64,000 nt of DNA, taken from NCBI GenBank assembly GCA_016748015.1, contig JAAOMT010000328.1, positions 698,955 through 762,954 on the forward strand, given 5' to 3'. Within the stretch, counting starts at the first letter, position 1; each line of letters opens with the position of its first letter. Position numbers and translations under genes: made by a program. A model generated the notes under the pieces. That model did not search any database and was not told where the DNA came from. It saw only the letters and a program-made list of their open reading frames with translations. Below are positions 1-10,959 of this stretch, in pieces. The DNA is from Geosiphon pyriformis uo1 (lineage: Eukaryota > Fungi > Glomeromycota).

Positions 1-1454
1 ATTACAATTAACAAACCATTCAGTATAAAGATAAAGAGAAAAAACCAAAACATCCATACAAAATACACCAAAAATCAAAAAACATAATAAATAATATACT
101 AATAAAAGTAAAATTATCAGTAGAAACATCCAGGACAACAACATTATATAAAGAATTAACAAAAAAAAACTGGAAATAGTAAACACAACAATTTCTATTT
201 GCTATTATTACTTAAAACAAAATTTTAATATTCAAAACTTGTATACAAACAAAACAAAATAATTGTTTAATATAATAATATTGAATTAACTCAAACAATT
301 TGTGAAAAAAAATAACTTATTTACATAGGCACAAGTTATATACCAGTTACAAACAAGATTTTAAGACTGACCAGAAATATTACTGTATTCAACAATGAAC
401 ACAGTAACTATTAATTAATTGGGAAAGATCACCAATGCCCAATTCAAAAAATTACAAATCAAAATTTCTTAAATAATTTTCAAAAAAAAAGTTAGGAAGT
501 TAATTCAAGAAAAAAAGTTAAAAAAGTTAAGAGATTTTGATAGAGCTTAATATTAAAAGAAGAGAATAATATTACTCATAGAAATTTAAGAAATCTTAAT
601 AAGAATATAAAATAGCCAATTAAAAATAAGTATAATAAAAAAAAATTTCAGAATTTTTCTCAAGAACTTGCAGAATTTTAGAAATTTCAAAATTTCTCTC
701 AAGAAATTACAAGATTTTAGGAATTCCAGAATTTCTGATTAGAAGAATTAAAGAAATTCAAGAAATCTTGTATAACAGTAATTATGTATATATAGCAAGA
801 GTATTAAAAACAAAAAAGTAAGATTTCAGTTAAAATTAATTTAATTATTCAATACTTCTTTCTTCAAAAGATAGTTTTCTACAACTTAAAATAAAATCAA
901 CTACATATTAATAAAATATCAATTATTATCTGAATTTATATTATTGTCATTTGATTAAAGAATATTAGTTGCTTTTATTTTATCAATATAAAGTGTTAAT
1001 AGAATTCAACACTTAACCACACTAGACCAATAGCATTTGATTACAATTATTAACAAGATACTAATTTTTTATTTTTTTTCTTATTTCTTTTATTTTCTTT
1101 TATTTTCTTTATTTTTTTGTTTTACTTTGTTATTTACTAATTGATTAAACGATTAATGTACAGAGTTATTAACATTAAAAAAAACTGGTAAAAAACCTAG
1201 AAATAAGAATAAAAACTCAGAATTTGAGAATAGCTTACCAAAAAAAACCAGCTATCAAGCTGAAAAAAAATTCATAAAATATACTTCCAGAAAAATACTG
1301 AAACAATCATTAAATTTTTGTTTATTATATAAAAGATTTAACCAAAACCTTTAGATTACAAAAATCTTCAAATATTACTACCAAGCATCAACTATTGATT
1401 ACTAAGTTATGAATTTGTTATTTGTTTTTACACTTTAAATAATTATTTGTAACA
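1..1454 (+). mobile_element. 3' portion of a decayed Gypsy family-A LTR retrotransposon (ORF3 remnant, PPT, 3' LTR); continues upstream of the window
   Basis: 1-560 is a degraded + strand copy of the ORF at 2508-3167 (e.g. GKITNAQF). Purine tract AAAAGAAGAGAA at ~555-566. 570-1454 is similar to the reverse complement of the LTR at 1635-2494 and ends in TGTAACA. Confidence 0.85.
570..1454 (+). repeat. 3' LTR, family A (diverged subfamily)
   Basis: Starts TATTACTCATAG (eroded TG) and ends TGTAACA. Colinear with the family-A LTRs and the solo LTR at 48699. Confidence 0.85.
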
Positions 1455-1634
1455 GCATCCTAATTCTTATATGACAACTTAATACACAAACAAATAAACT
1501 GCTAATTTGTATATATACTTAATAAAAGCACTATATAGAAAATTGTTTATAGTAGTCAGAAAGTGCTTATATAATTATAATTATTCAAGTATTTTGTATA
1601 TACACTATAGTAAAATAGAATTCTTAAACCATAG
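1455..1634 (+). mobile_element. LINE ORF2 C-terminal fragment (target of two LTR insertions), part 1
   Basis: Degraded translation matches the WHPD..MATGFT..LPVAV.KRLY..YPSVLCLYC region of the LINE at 28750-28940. Continues at 19367 after element A. Confidence 0.75.
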
Positions 1635-2494
1635 TATTACAAGTAATTATTTGGGGTCTCAAGTCAAATAACAAATCTGTAACTTGGTGCTCAGTTAATT
1701 TCTTGATAATAGTTTCTGATGGTTTTAGATAATCTAAAGGTTTTGAGTTAAAGTCTTTTGTATAATAGACAGAGATTCAATAGTTGTTTTAGTAGCCTCT
1801 CAGAATCATAATTCCGTCAATTTTTTTCTTAGCTTGGTGGCCAGCAATTCTCTGGTAAGTAATCCATAACTCTGTATGTGCTCTACCCACTTACAGGAGT
1901 CTTTTACTAGGCAATTCTTGATGTCAATAATTCAGTACTTAATTCTTTAATCAATTTTAGTAAACAACAAAAGAAATAACAAAATAGAAGAATAAAAAAA
2001 AACAAAGAAAATTAAAGAAATAAGCCAAGACATTTGTAAATTAGTATTCTGTTAATAGCCATGATCAAGAGCTATTGTTCCAGTGTGATTAAGTATGAAT
2101 TACTATCAACATGAAGTGTTGATAATGAAAAGTGGATTGAAATAGTAAATAATTATTTATTAATATTTGTGATATGGAAAATTGCTTAGATCAAATCTAA
2201 ACTGAGAGGTCTGTCTTTTTTTACTTCTAATACTATTGCTATATATACATAATTGAAATTCCTCAATTCCTCAATTTTTTACATCAGAAATCCTGGAATT
2301 CCTGGAATTTTGCAATTCTTTTTGAGAGAAATCCTGGAATTCTGGAATTCTGCAATTCTTTTGTATAAGAATCCTGAAATTTCTGGAATTCTGCAATTCT
2401 TTTTAAGAGAAATCCTAAAATTCCATATTTACTATGGCTATTTTTGATTGGCTAATTTATATGCTAATATATTTCCTATATTCTATGAGTAATA
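1635..2494 (-). repeat. 3' LTR of element A
   Basis: Direct repeat of 18503-19362. TA..TA ends eroded from TG..CA. GAATTC-rich tandem array at ~2255-2425. Confidence 0.95.
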
Positions 2495-2507
2495 TTATTT
2501 CCTCCTT

Positions 2508-3167
2508 TTAATATTGAGCTTTATCAAGATCTCCTAATTCTATTTCTCTGTCTTTGAGTATGTCTTGAACTTCTTTTTTGAGAATTATTTGAGTTATCTT
2601 GTTTTGTAATTCTTCAAATTGGGTGTTGGTTATTTTTCCCATTTGGTTAACTGTAATGAAGTCTATTTCTGAATTAAGTAAGTTTTCTAGTCTGTCTTGA
2701 AATCCCATCTGTAGCCTATAGATGGCTCTTGCTTGTGTAGTTAAATTGTTTTTTTCCACAAATTGTTCCAGTTGTTGCAGTATAGTTGTGTCAAATAATT
2801 GTTTTGTTTTATCCATGTATAAGTTCTGAATATTTAAGTATCATCCCAAGTGAAAATAACAAAAGTTTCTTGGAAATTCATGTATCTACTATTTTTAAGT
2901 TTCTTTGGTCAACTTTTGATATGTAGTAACATTTGTTGATTCTTCCATTGCTAATTTTATTTTCAGAATCATTTTGTTGATAGTGTTTTCTGTTTTTCTT
3001 TGACTTTTGTATTTGGGTATTTTTCTGGTATCTCGGTATCAAATGGTTTGTTAATTGATAGTAATTTTCATATTTTGTTGTTGAATTAGTTGAAAGAGTT
3101 GTTGTGCTAGTAAGTGGATTTTGTTAGTGATTTTTATTTTTCTGAAGTTTTCTGTCATGTTTATCAT
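2508..3167 (-). pseudogene. Accessory ORF3 of element A (~220 codons, several C>T/G>A-derived stops)
   Basis: Single frame from the ATG at 3167 through CYFHLG*YL into ORF 2508-2816. Aligns by eye with ORF3 of B and C. Confidence 0.75.
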
Positions 3168-3198
3168 GTCTTTATATTCTCTTTTTTATTGCTCAATT

Positions 3199-3970
3199 TT
3201 ATGTGTTTGGTTCAATGATTATGATTGGTTTCAGATCTTATGGAATCTCATCTAATTGGACTAGTATTTTCTGTACTCTTAATTGTGAAATATTACTGGT
3301 GAATGATAACATTATATGGTAGTATGGTTTCAGTCGATTACCATGTGCTGCTTTGACTAAGATTTTGTTGTTCCATCTTAATTTATAAGCTCTATTTCCA
3401 AGAATTTTCTTTATGTGAAATGGTCCATCCCATTTGGGGTCAAATTTTTCACTCTATTGTTTTTCTGCTTTAGTACAATATAAAAGTATTTTGTCTCTGA
3501 TCTTGAATTCAACTGGTTTATCTGGTAGTTGGTTATCATGTTTTTCTTTTTGTTTTTCCTGTAACTTTTGAATTCTATCAGCTGCTCTTCGCTGTTTGTT
3601 TTTTATTGTTTCTATCAAGTCATATATTCTTCTTAGCAACATTTTCTGAAAATTGTTTTCAATTATTGGTTCTGTTGGATAAGTGTTGACTTTTATCTCA
3701 ACTGGAAATATTGCTGTTCTACCATATACTAATTTAAATAGTGTTGCTTATGTAGTGTCTTGCTTCATTGTTCAATAAGCAAATAATACTGATGGTATAA
3801 TTAAATCCCATTCATCCTGGTTTTCTTGACTGATTTTGGCAATAGCTTCACACAATGTTCTGTTAAATCTTTCAACTAGTCCATTTGTTTGTGAATAGTA
3901 TAGTAATAATAATAGTCTTTTGATTCCAAATTTTTGGCTTAGTTCTGCTATTGTTCTATTTACAAAATGT
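3199..3970 (-). pseudogene. Integrase C-terminal half of element A
   Basis: Y.SQTNGLVERFNRTL and WDGPFHI (GPF/Y) motifs. The N-terminal HHCC and first catalytic Asp are missing. Confidence 0.9.
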
Positions 3971-4030
3971 TGCTTCTGCTTCAAAAATCTGAACCTGATC
4001 CCTTACTTTTCTTTCTATAGTTATCATGTA

Positions 4031-4522
4031 CTAGTCATATGGTGGAATAGAAATTGATTGACAAGTAAAGATAATTTCTCCCTTGTCAACAATTTCTTTC
4101 TCTGTTATATTAACTGGTACCTCTATTTTACCTATTGATCCAAATCTTTGTATCCCTTTAGCCATAATTCCTAACTCTTCCTTGTTTCTCATTAATATTA
4201 ATTGAGCTATTTTTACCAGAGACAGGAATATTGCCTGTGCTATCTTTTCATTTGGCTCTATAACATAGGCCTTTTTTGAATTGTTTTGTAGTATTGCAAT
4301 GATATTTCTCATATATCCTGCATCAATTATTCCTCTTCTGATGTTGATTCCTCTTTTTGTTAAACTACTTCTAAATGCTAGTTGAATTATTATTGTTGCT
4401 GGAATTTCTAATGCTACTTTGAGATTAATGCATGTGCATGAATGTGGTTCCAATTTAATAGCATCCTTCCCTGAATATCTCAGATCAAATTTGGCATTGG
4501 TATCATGTGCATGTTCTGGCAT
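4031..4522 (-). pseudogene. dUTPase domain of element A pol
   Basis: Eroded dUTPase motifs: AKFDL, RSSL, GIIDAGY, KIAQAI, KGIQRFGSIG. Confidence 0.9.
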
Positions 4523-4779
4523 AATATCTTCATTGTTATTGCTGAATCATTTAAGTTTTTGCTCTTTAGAGAGGTTAAAAAGCATGATGTATGTTTTGAA
4601 GTTTAGATTGGAGTCCGAATTATTGTAATTTTTGTTGCCATTTTGAATGGAACTGGAACTGTTATTTTTGTTATCATCAAAGTTTGAATTGGAATTGAAA
4701 TTTGATTCTGACTTTGATGTGCAGCTACTAATTGGTTTTTCTTCTTCTGGAATTGTGTAGATTATACATAATGGTGGAT

Positions 4780-5305
4780 TATAAATGAGATCACACTCAT
4801 TACAATATTAAAAGTCACATGGAATCAAACAGTGGTCACATAGTCAAGTGTTAATTTCTTCTAAGCATTGTTTCTGCTCTTTTCTTATAAGTGCTAGCTC
4901 TTGGTAGTATTTATGGAATTGTTCTGGGTCCAAGAAATTTATGACTGGTTCTGGGTTCCAGTCCAGTTCTATGGGTTCTGGTAGATTGTTCTTGATTTCT
5001 CTGATTTCTTCAAATGACACTTCTTCTATTTTGGCTATTGTTATTTTCCATATCTTATTGTTGTCGTGTAGACAACTGTCCAATTGCTGAACAGCTTTTT
5101 TCCAAGTGGCTTCTATTGGTGTCCCTTTCTTAAACCAGTTACTGATTAGGATTGTATATTGGCACAAAGCATCACACATTCCTTCTTGACCAAGGATGTT
5201 GTTCTATATTCTTTTGTCAAGTAATGTTTCTTCACAAGCTAGGCAAGGTTTATTGTCCCATTTTTCTTGCCATTTTGGTCATTCAAAGCATTCTATGATG
5301 CACAC
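4780..5305 (-). pseudogene. Cys-rich (multi-CxxC) domain of element A pol, C-terminal part (N-terminal part at 15266-15430)
   Basis: PCLACEE, CDALCQY, LCDHCLIPCDF*YCNEC. Colinear with element B 10960-11600. Confidence 0.75.
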
Positions 5306-6296
5306 TATTACCAGAGGTTTTTGGTCTCTTTTCTTGAATGTTGTAACTGTTTGTTGGTTGCAAATTCATGTTTTCTAGAAGTAGTTAAATCTCCAATAAC
5401 TGAATTTATCTTCAAATTATCTCCTATAATTTGAACTGCTAGGCTTATAAGTAGAATGGCCAATTCTTTGCCAGTTACTTTATGTAGTTATGTTGTAGTA
5501 AATGTTAACTCTTTTCCAGGAATTGCTTGTCTGGAAGCTCACTAAAAATGTGTAGTTACTTTGCTGTGAAAGTCAACTTTTCTACAGGAATCTCGTCTGT
5601 AGGCTACCTTAATGATTGTAATAAGAAAAGAAAAGAAAAATAAAAGAAATAGGATTTTATCAAGAGAAACGTTTTTTATCCAGGCCTGGAATCACTAACA
5701 GTTTACTGAAATTGGTAGCTAATCAATTTCAAAATGTTAGTTGGGTTTTTGGAGATTTTCCAAATGCAATATTTAAAGAAATTGGTTTTTTGAATTATTT
5801 AATATTTTATTTTTTTTTGTGTGTATAGGAATGATTCTAAGTGATAAATTTAAAGTAAGATACATTTTCTTGAAGAAAAAAGCTCTTCTTTTATACAACT
5901 TGTTGTAATACTAGTCTATGAACTTGTATTTTTTCTCTTTGCTCAAATTTTGGTGAACTAAGGATACATTTTGATGGACTACAAGTTATTTTGCTGAACT
6001 ATTGATTAATTTGGGTAAACTATTCATAATTTCAGCGAATTTCTATAAATTTCGGTGAATTTCTTATAAATTTCGGCGAATTTCTGTAAATTTTGGATGT
6101 TACAAAGTTCAGGGTATTGTGTAATTTGATCATCCTACTTTTTGTTATACTAATTGGATTATTTAATTGAATCGTAATATGTGATAATTGATTAAATAAT
6201 AAATGATAATTTGAAATGATATTAATATATTAATTAATTATAGGAATTATAAGAGTAATTTTATGCTAATTAATAGCTAAAATTCTACTGGTAACA
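5306..6296 (-). repeat. 3' LTR of element B
   Basis: Direct repeat of 14255-15265. Tandem AATTTC(G)G(C/T)GAATTTC units at ~6025-6095. TATAAAAG at ~5889-5896 on the minus strand. Confidence 0.95.
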
Positions 6297-6984
6297 TAAT
6301 CTCCTCCTCAAGACTGAGTTCCATCAAAGTCCAAGCACTATCTGTAATATTGAGATAATGATCCAAAATAATTGAAATAATCTGGTCTGAAAATTGTTGA
6401 AATTTCAGTTCTGTGAGTTTGCCAATGTATTAGACTTTTATTAGTTGTAATATTGGATTTTGTAGAACATTTTCACAAGTATTAAACAAATTATAAAGTC
6501 TAAAAACTGCTCTAAGTTTGTAATAAGTGTTTGTTGGTCCAGCTGCTGTTTTGAATTCATTGTGGATTTGTTTTTGTATAGCTTCAGGAGTGAGATTTGT
6601 TGCTTCAAGTTCCAGTTTTTGTTCATAAAGTATTTTTCCAATGTGAAAGTATTTATAGATAGGAGTGTGTTCATTGTTCTGTTCATTGAGAAGTAATAGA
6701 AGTTTTTGTTGCATTGTAGCATTTGATGGAATGTCAATAGGAGCAATTAAAAGATTTTCTTCCAGTGCTTGCTTCAAAAGTCTTGGTAACCTATTTTCAG
6801 AGTAACTTTTTGTTTTTCTTCTATAGGGGTGATAGTTCTGTAAATGATTTACTACTGGAACTGTGGTTTCTTTCTGAATGTAATTAATTTGACTTTTATT
6901 AATCGTTATGGATAAGTCAGGAAGTGTTTTCAAGGCTAATATTAACTTTTAGAATATTTGTTGAATATTTCGGGAAATAATCAT
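6277..6984 (-). pseudogene. Accessory ORF3 of element B (~236 codons), reading through the PPT into the 3' LTR
   Basis: ORF 6430-6933 extended in frame past single stops: ...YFHIGK...LRAVFRLYNLF...YIGKLT...LEEEIMLPVEF*. Confidence 0.8.
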
Positions 6985-7129
6985 GATAAAATTGACTAAT
7001 TATGAAAAAAGAGAATAAAGAAAATTATTTTTGGATATGGGGTTTTTATTTGTTTTTGGGTTTGGGTGTTTTTTGTAATTATTTACTATTTTTTGTCTTT
7101 GTGTTTTTATTAAAGAATTATTGTAAAAT

Positions 7130-10100
7130 TTAAGTGTTCAAGTTTGGTTGTTGTTCTATTATAATTATTAATTCTAAATTTTGGGGAATATCTTCATGAT
7201 TAATTAAAGGGGAATGTGTACCAATTTGTGGAATTAATGTTTCAGGATTGTTTTTGGATTGATAGTGTTTCAATCTGTCTCTATGTGCAACTTTTGCTAA
7301 TATTTTATCATCAAGTCTTAACTTGTATGATCCATTGCCTAGAATTTCATAAATATAAAATGGTTTATCCCATTTGTTTTCAAATTTTCCACTCCATTGT
7401 TTTTTAGCCTTAGTTCTGTGTAAAAAAACTTTATTTTCAACTTTAAATTCATTGATAATGGGTGGTAATTTGTTGTTATGTCTTTCTTTTTGTTGAGCTT
7501 GGAAATGTTTAATGTGAGTTGCTGCTATCCTTCTTTTTTCTTCCAGTGTACTGAAAAAAGTGTAGGCCCTTCTTTGAAGTGTTTCTTGAAAGTTTTCTTC
7601 ATTGATTGGTTGTACTGGATATGTTTTTACTGTGAAATTAATTGGTAATATTGCTGTTCTTTCATAAGTAAGGTCAAATGGTGTGTGTTTCATAGTATCT
7701 TGTTTTAGTGTTCTGTATGCTAATAACACTGATAGAATAAAGATATCCCATTCCTGCTCAAAATCTGTTGAGACTTTGGCCAATGATTTACACAATGTTC
7801 TGTTGAAATGTTTTACAAGTCTATTTGTTTGAGGGTGATAAAGCGATAATAGAGATCTTTTGACATTGAATCATTCACAAATTTCTTATATTAAGTTGTT
7901 TACAAAATGTGTTCCTTGATCAGATAAAAGTTCAATTGGGCATTCATGTCTACAAATAATGTTTTCATAGATGAAATTTGCTACTGATTTTGTATCTGCT
8001 TTTGGAATGGCTCTAGCTTTAGGCCATTTGGTAAGATAATCTACTGCTACTGCAATATAGCAATTTCCTTGGGTTGTAATAGGTAATGGTCTGACTAAAT
8101 CAATTCCAATTCTGTCAAACAGTTGTCCAACTTTGATTGGATTTAAAGATTCTGTGAGATGAGTTCCTTTTCTTCTTTAACAACTATCACAAGATTCTAC
8201 ATATTGTCGAATGTTTTTTTGCATGTGAAGCCAAAAATAATGTTCAAAAGTTTTTTGAATTGTTCCATCTCTTCCCAAGTGTGCTGAAGACGGATCTGTG
8301 CACATGTTATATAAAATTGTTTCTTTTTCATTTTCCTGTACTAATCTGAATGATTGGTTTGGGTTTTTATGATTTTTGTAATAGATTTTGTTGTGGTGTA
8401 TAAAATATTGTTTGGATTGGTGTTGTAATCAATGTTTTTTACTTGGAGACCAATTTTTTGGCATGGTGAGGGTCTCCAAATAGTTTTTAATGTTGTTGTA
8501 GTTTTCTGGATCTATTGTTGTTGATTTTGTTGTTTGTTCTGCTATTAAGTTTGTTGGTGTTTTGTTGGTGTTGATGTTGGTATTAATATTGTCTCATTCT
8601 TGAGAGGCTATCAACATTGGTGTGTAGTTTTTCTGGTTTGTAATGTACAATGTATCTGTAGTCTGCTAGGAAGTCATTCTATTGAGACTGTTTGGCACTT
8701 TGTTCAGTTTTCTTTTTATTAAGCCATTTGAAGCCAATATTGTCAGTTATTATGTCAAATTCTTTTTCATTCTTCAGATATTGTTGAAAGTGTTTGAGAG
8801 CCCAGATGACTGCAGTGGCTTCCAATTCAGTTGAGTCATATTTGAGTTCTGTTGGCTTGAGTGTTCTGCTGGCATAGACAATAACTTGTTCCTGGCTATT
8901 TTTATTCAATTGTGATAAGATGGCACCAAATGCTATATGTAAAGCATCAGTGGCTAATTGAAATTGTTTGTTGAAGTCTGGATAAGTAAGAACTGGAGTT
9001 GTTGTCAATTTTGTTTTGAGAGTTTCAAAAGCTTTTTGTTGTTCTTCAGTCCATTTGTATGGTACATTTTTGTTGGTAAGATAATTGAGTGGTTTGGCAA
9101 TTTCTGAGAATTCTTTTATAAATTTTTGATAGTAAGAGGCTAATCCTACAAATCCTTGTAGTTCTGTGGTATTTCTGGGAGTTTGAAAGTTTTTGACAGC
9201 ACTGATTGTTCTAGGATTTGGTTTGACTCCATCTTTGATAACAATGTGTCTGAGGAAGATTAAGCTTGTTTTTCCAAAGTGACATTTTTCAATGTTTAAC
9301 TTCAATTTTGCTTTCCGTAATCATTGAAAAACTTCTCGCAGGTAGATAAGATGAGTCTCAAAGCTTGGTGAGTATACATTAGTGTTATCAAGATAGACAA
9401 CTATGAATTGTCACAAGAGTTCTTCATATACAACATTCATGAGTTGCTGGAATGTTGCTGGTGCATTGCAGAGTCCAAAAGGCATAATATTGAATTTATA
9501 GTTTCCTTCCTGGGTGGTAAATGTTGTTTTGGGTCAGTCTTTTGGGTTCATTTTGACTTTGCAGTATCTACTTTCCAAGTTTAAAGTTGAGAAGAACTTG
9601 GCTTTTCCTAGAGCATCTAGCATGTCATCAATTCTTGGAAGAAGATAAGCATCTTCAATTATCACACTGTTCAATTGGTGATAGTTAACACAAAATCTGA
9701 TTTTTCCATTTTTCTTTTTGACAAAGACTACTGGTAAGGCTCAAGGACTTCTTGATAGTTGAATCAATCCGTTATTGAGCATTTTCTGGACTTTTTCTCT
9801 GATGAATTGGTGGCTGGCAGGTGGCACTCTATAAACTTGCTAACGTTTTAATAGAGTATCTCCTGTATGAATCTGATGTTAAACCATATTTGTTTTTCCC
9901 AGATCATTGTTGTCTTTTGCAAATATATCTGCAAATTCAGCTATTAATTGTTTCAATTGTCTTTGTTGTTGAGATTCTAAGGAACCCATATTGATTCGAG
10001 AGAATTTTTTTTCCAAAAAGTGGTAGTTTTCAGTAGTGGGAATGATATTTGGATTTGGAAGTAGAGTGTGCCTTACAATTTCGATGAAATTAGAGACAAT

Positions 10101-10260
10101 TTGAGGGTTTTCATCTTGAAAAATATTGCTGTGTATGATTCCAATCTCTAGTTTGTTTAATAAGACAATAAGGTAATTATTAAGGTTATAGAATGTAACT
10201 TGAAATTTTTTCATTCCTTTGGGAATATAAACGTTTGGAATTGAGATTTTATGCTTCAAA
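7130..10260 (-). pseudogene. RT-RNase H-integrase of element B
   Basis: [23 protein letters not shown] (eroded YLDD), ATDA, IVYASRTL, GIDLV, SDQGTHF and WDKPFYI motifs with many stops. Confidence 0.95.
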
Positions 10261-10429
10261 CAGATTTGTTTATTGGATTCAAAGATTTGTTGTGTAATGA
10301 TGGGTTTTGAGCAAGTGTAAATTTCGTGATGTTCTCCAAAAGATGAAATGGTAATTGGCTGGAGAAGTTGAAGAATCTGGTGAGATTTATTTTGTATATT
10401 AAGAGCTATGTTTACTGGAACTGTAAATT

Positions 10430-10860
10430 GTCCAGTTGAATCAAAACCTTAAGTTCCTCTTTCACTTTTTCCCAATTGTTCTCTGTTGTTTACTGATTGT
10501 AAACCCGAAATGTTGATTAAGAGTAAGTAAATTGCTTGAGCAATTTTTTCAGCATGTTCAATCTTAAATGGTTTGTCTGTTTCATTCTGCAATATAATGG
10601 TAATGTCTCCAGTGTATTCTGCATTTATAACTCCTCCTCTAATATTGATTCCTTTGCTTGCCAATGATGATCTGGAGGCAATTTGAACCATTGCTCCAGG
10701 TAGAATTTTAAGAGCAATTTTGAGATTGATTTTTGTCAAAGACTTTGGTTGGAAAACCAAAGTATCTTTTCCTGAGTATCTTAGATCATATCTGGCATCA
10801 ATTTTGTGTGCTTTTTCTGGTCTGATTCCTTGGCCATGGTTGTCAAAATATTTAAGTTGT
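10430..10860 (-). pseudogene. dUTPase domain of element B pol
   Basis: DARYDL, RSSLA, GVINAEYTG, KIAQAI, RGT*GFDSTG motifs. Confidence 0.92.
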
Positions 10861-10959
10861 AGAGGTGATTGCTTTTCAAGGAGATAGATGGAGGTGGTTG
10901 GTAGTTCTTTTACTAGTTTGAATACTCCAAATTCAATTTCATTTTTATCATTCTCCTTT

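Noticed and set aside
2376-2388. Perfect heat-shock element GAAnnTTCnnGAA in the LTR of A
   Set aside because: Not intact in the sister LTR, and may arise by C>T/G>A drift from GGAATTCC repeats.
2253-2447. 64-aa ORF with an internal repeat
   Set aside because: Translation of the LTR tandem array; non-ATG start.
6430-6933. ORF3 as an env gene (endogenous retrovirus)
   Set aside because: No signal peptide, fusion peptide or transmembrane segment visible, and too short.
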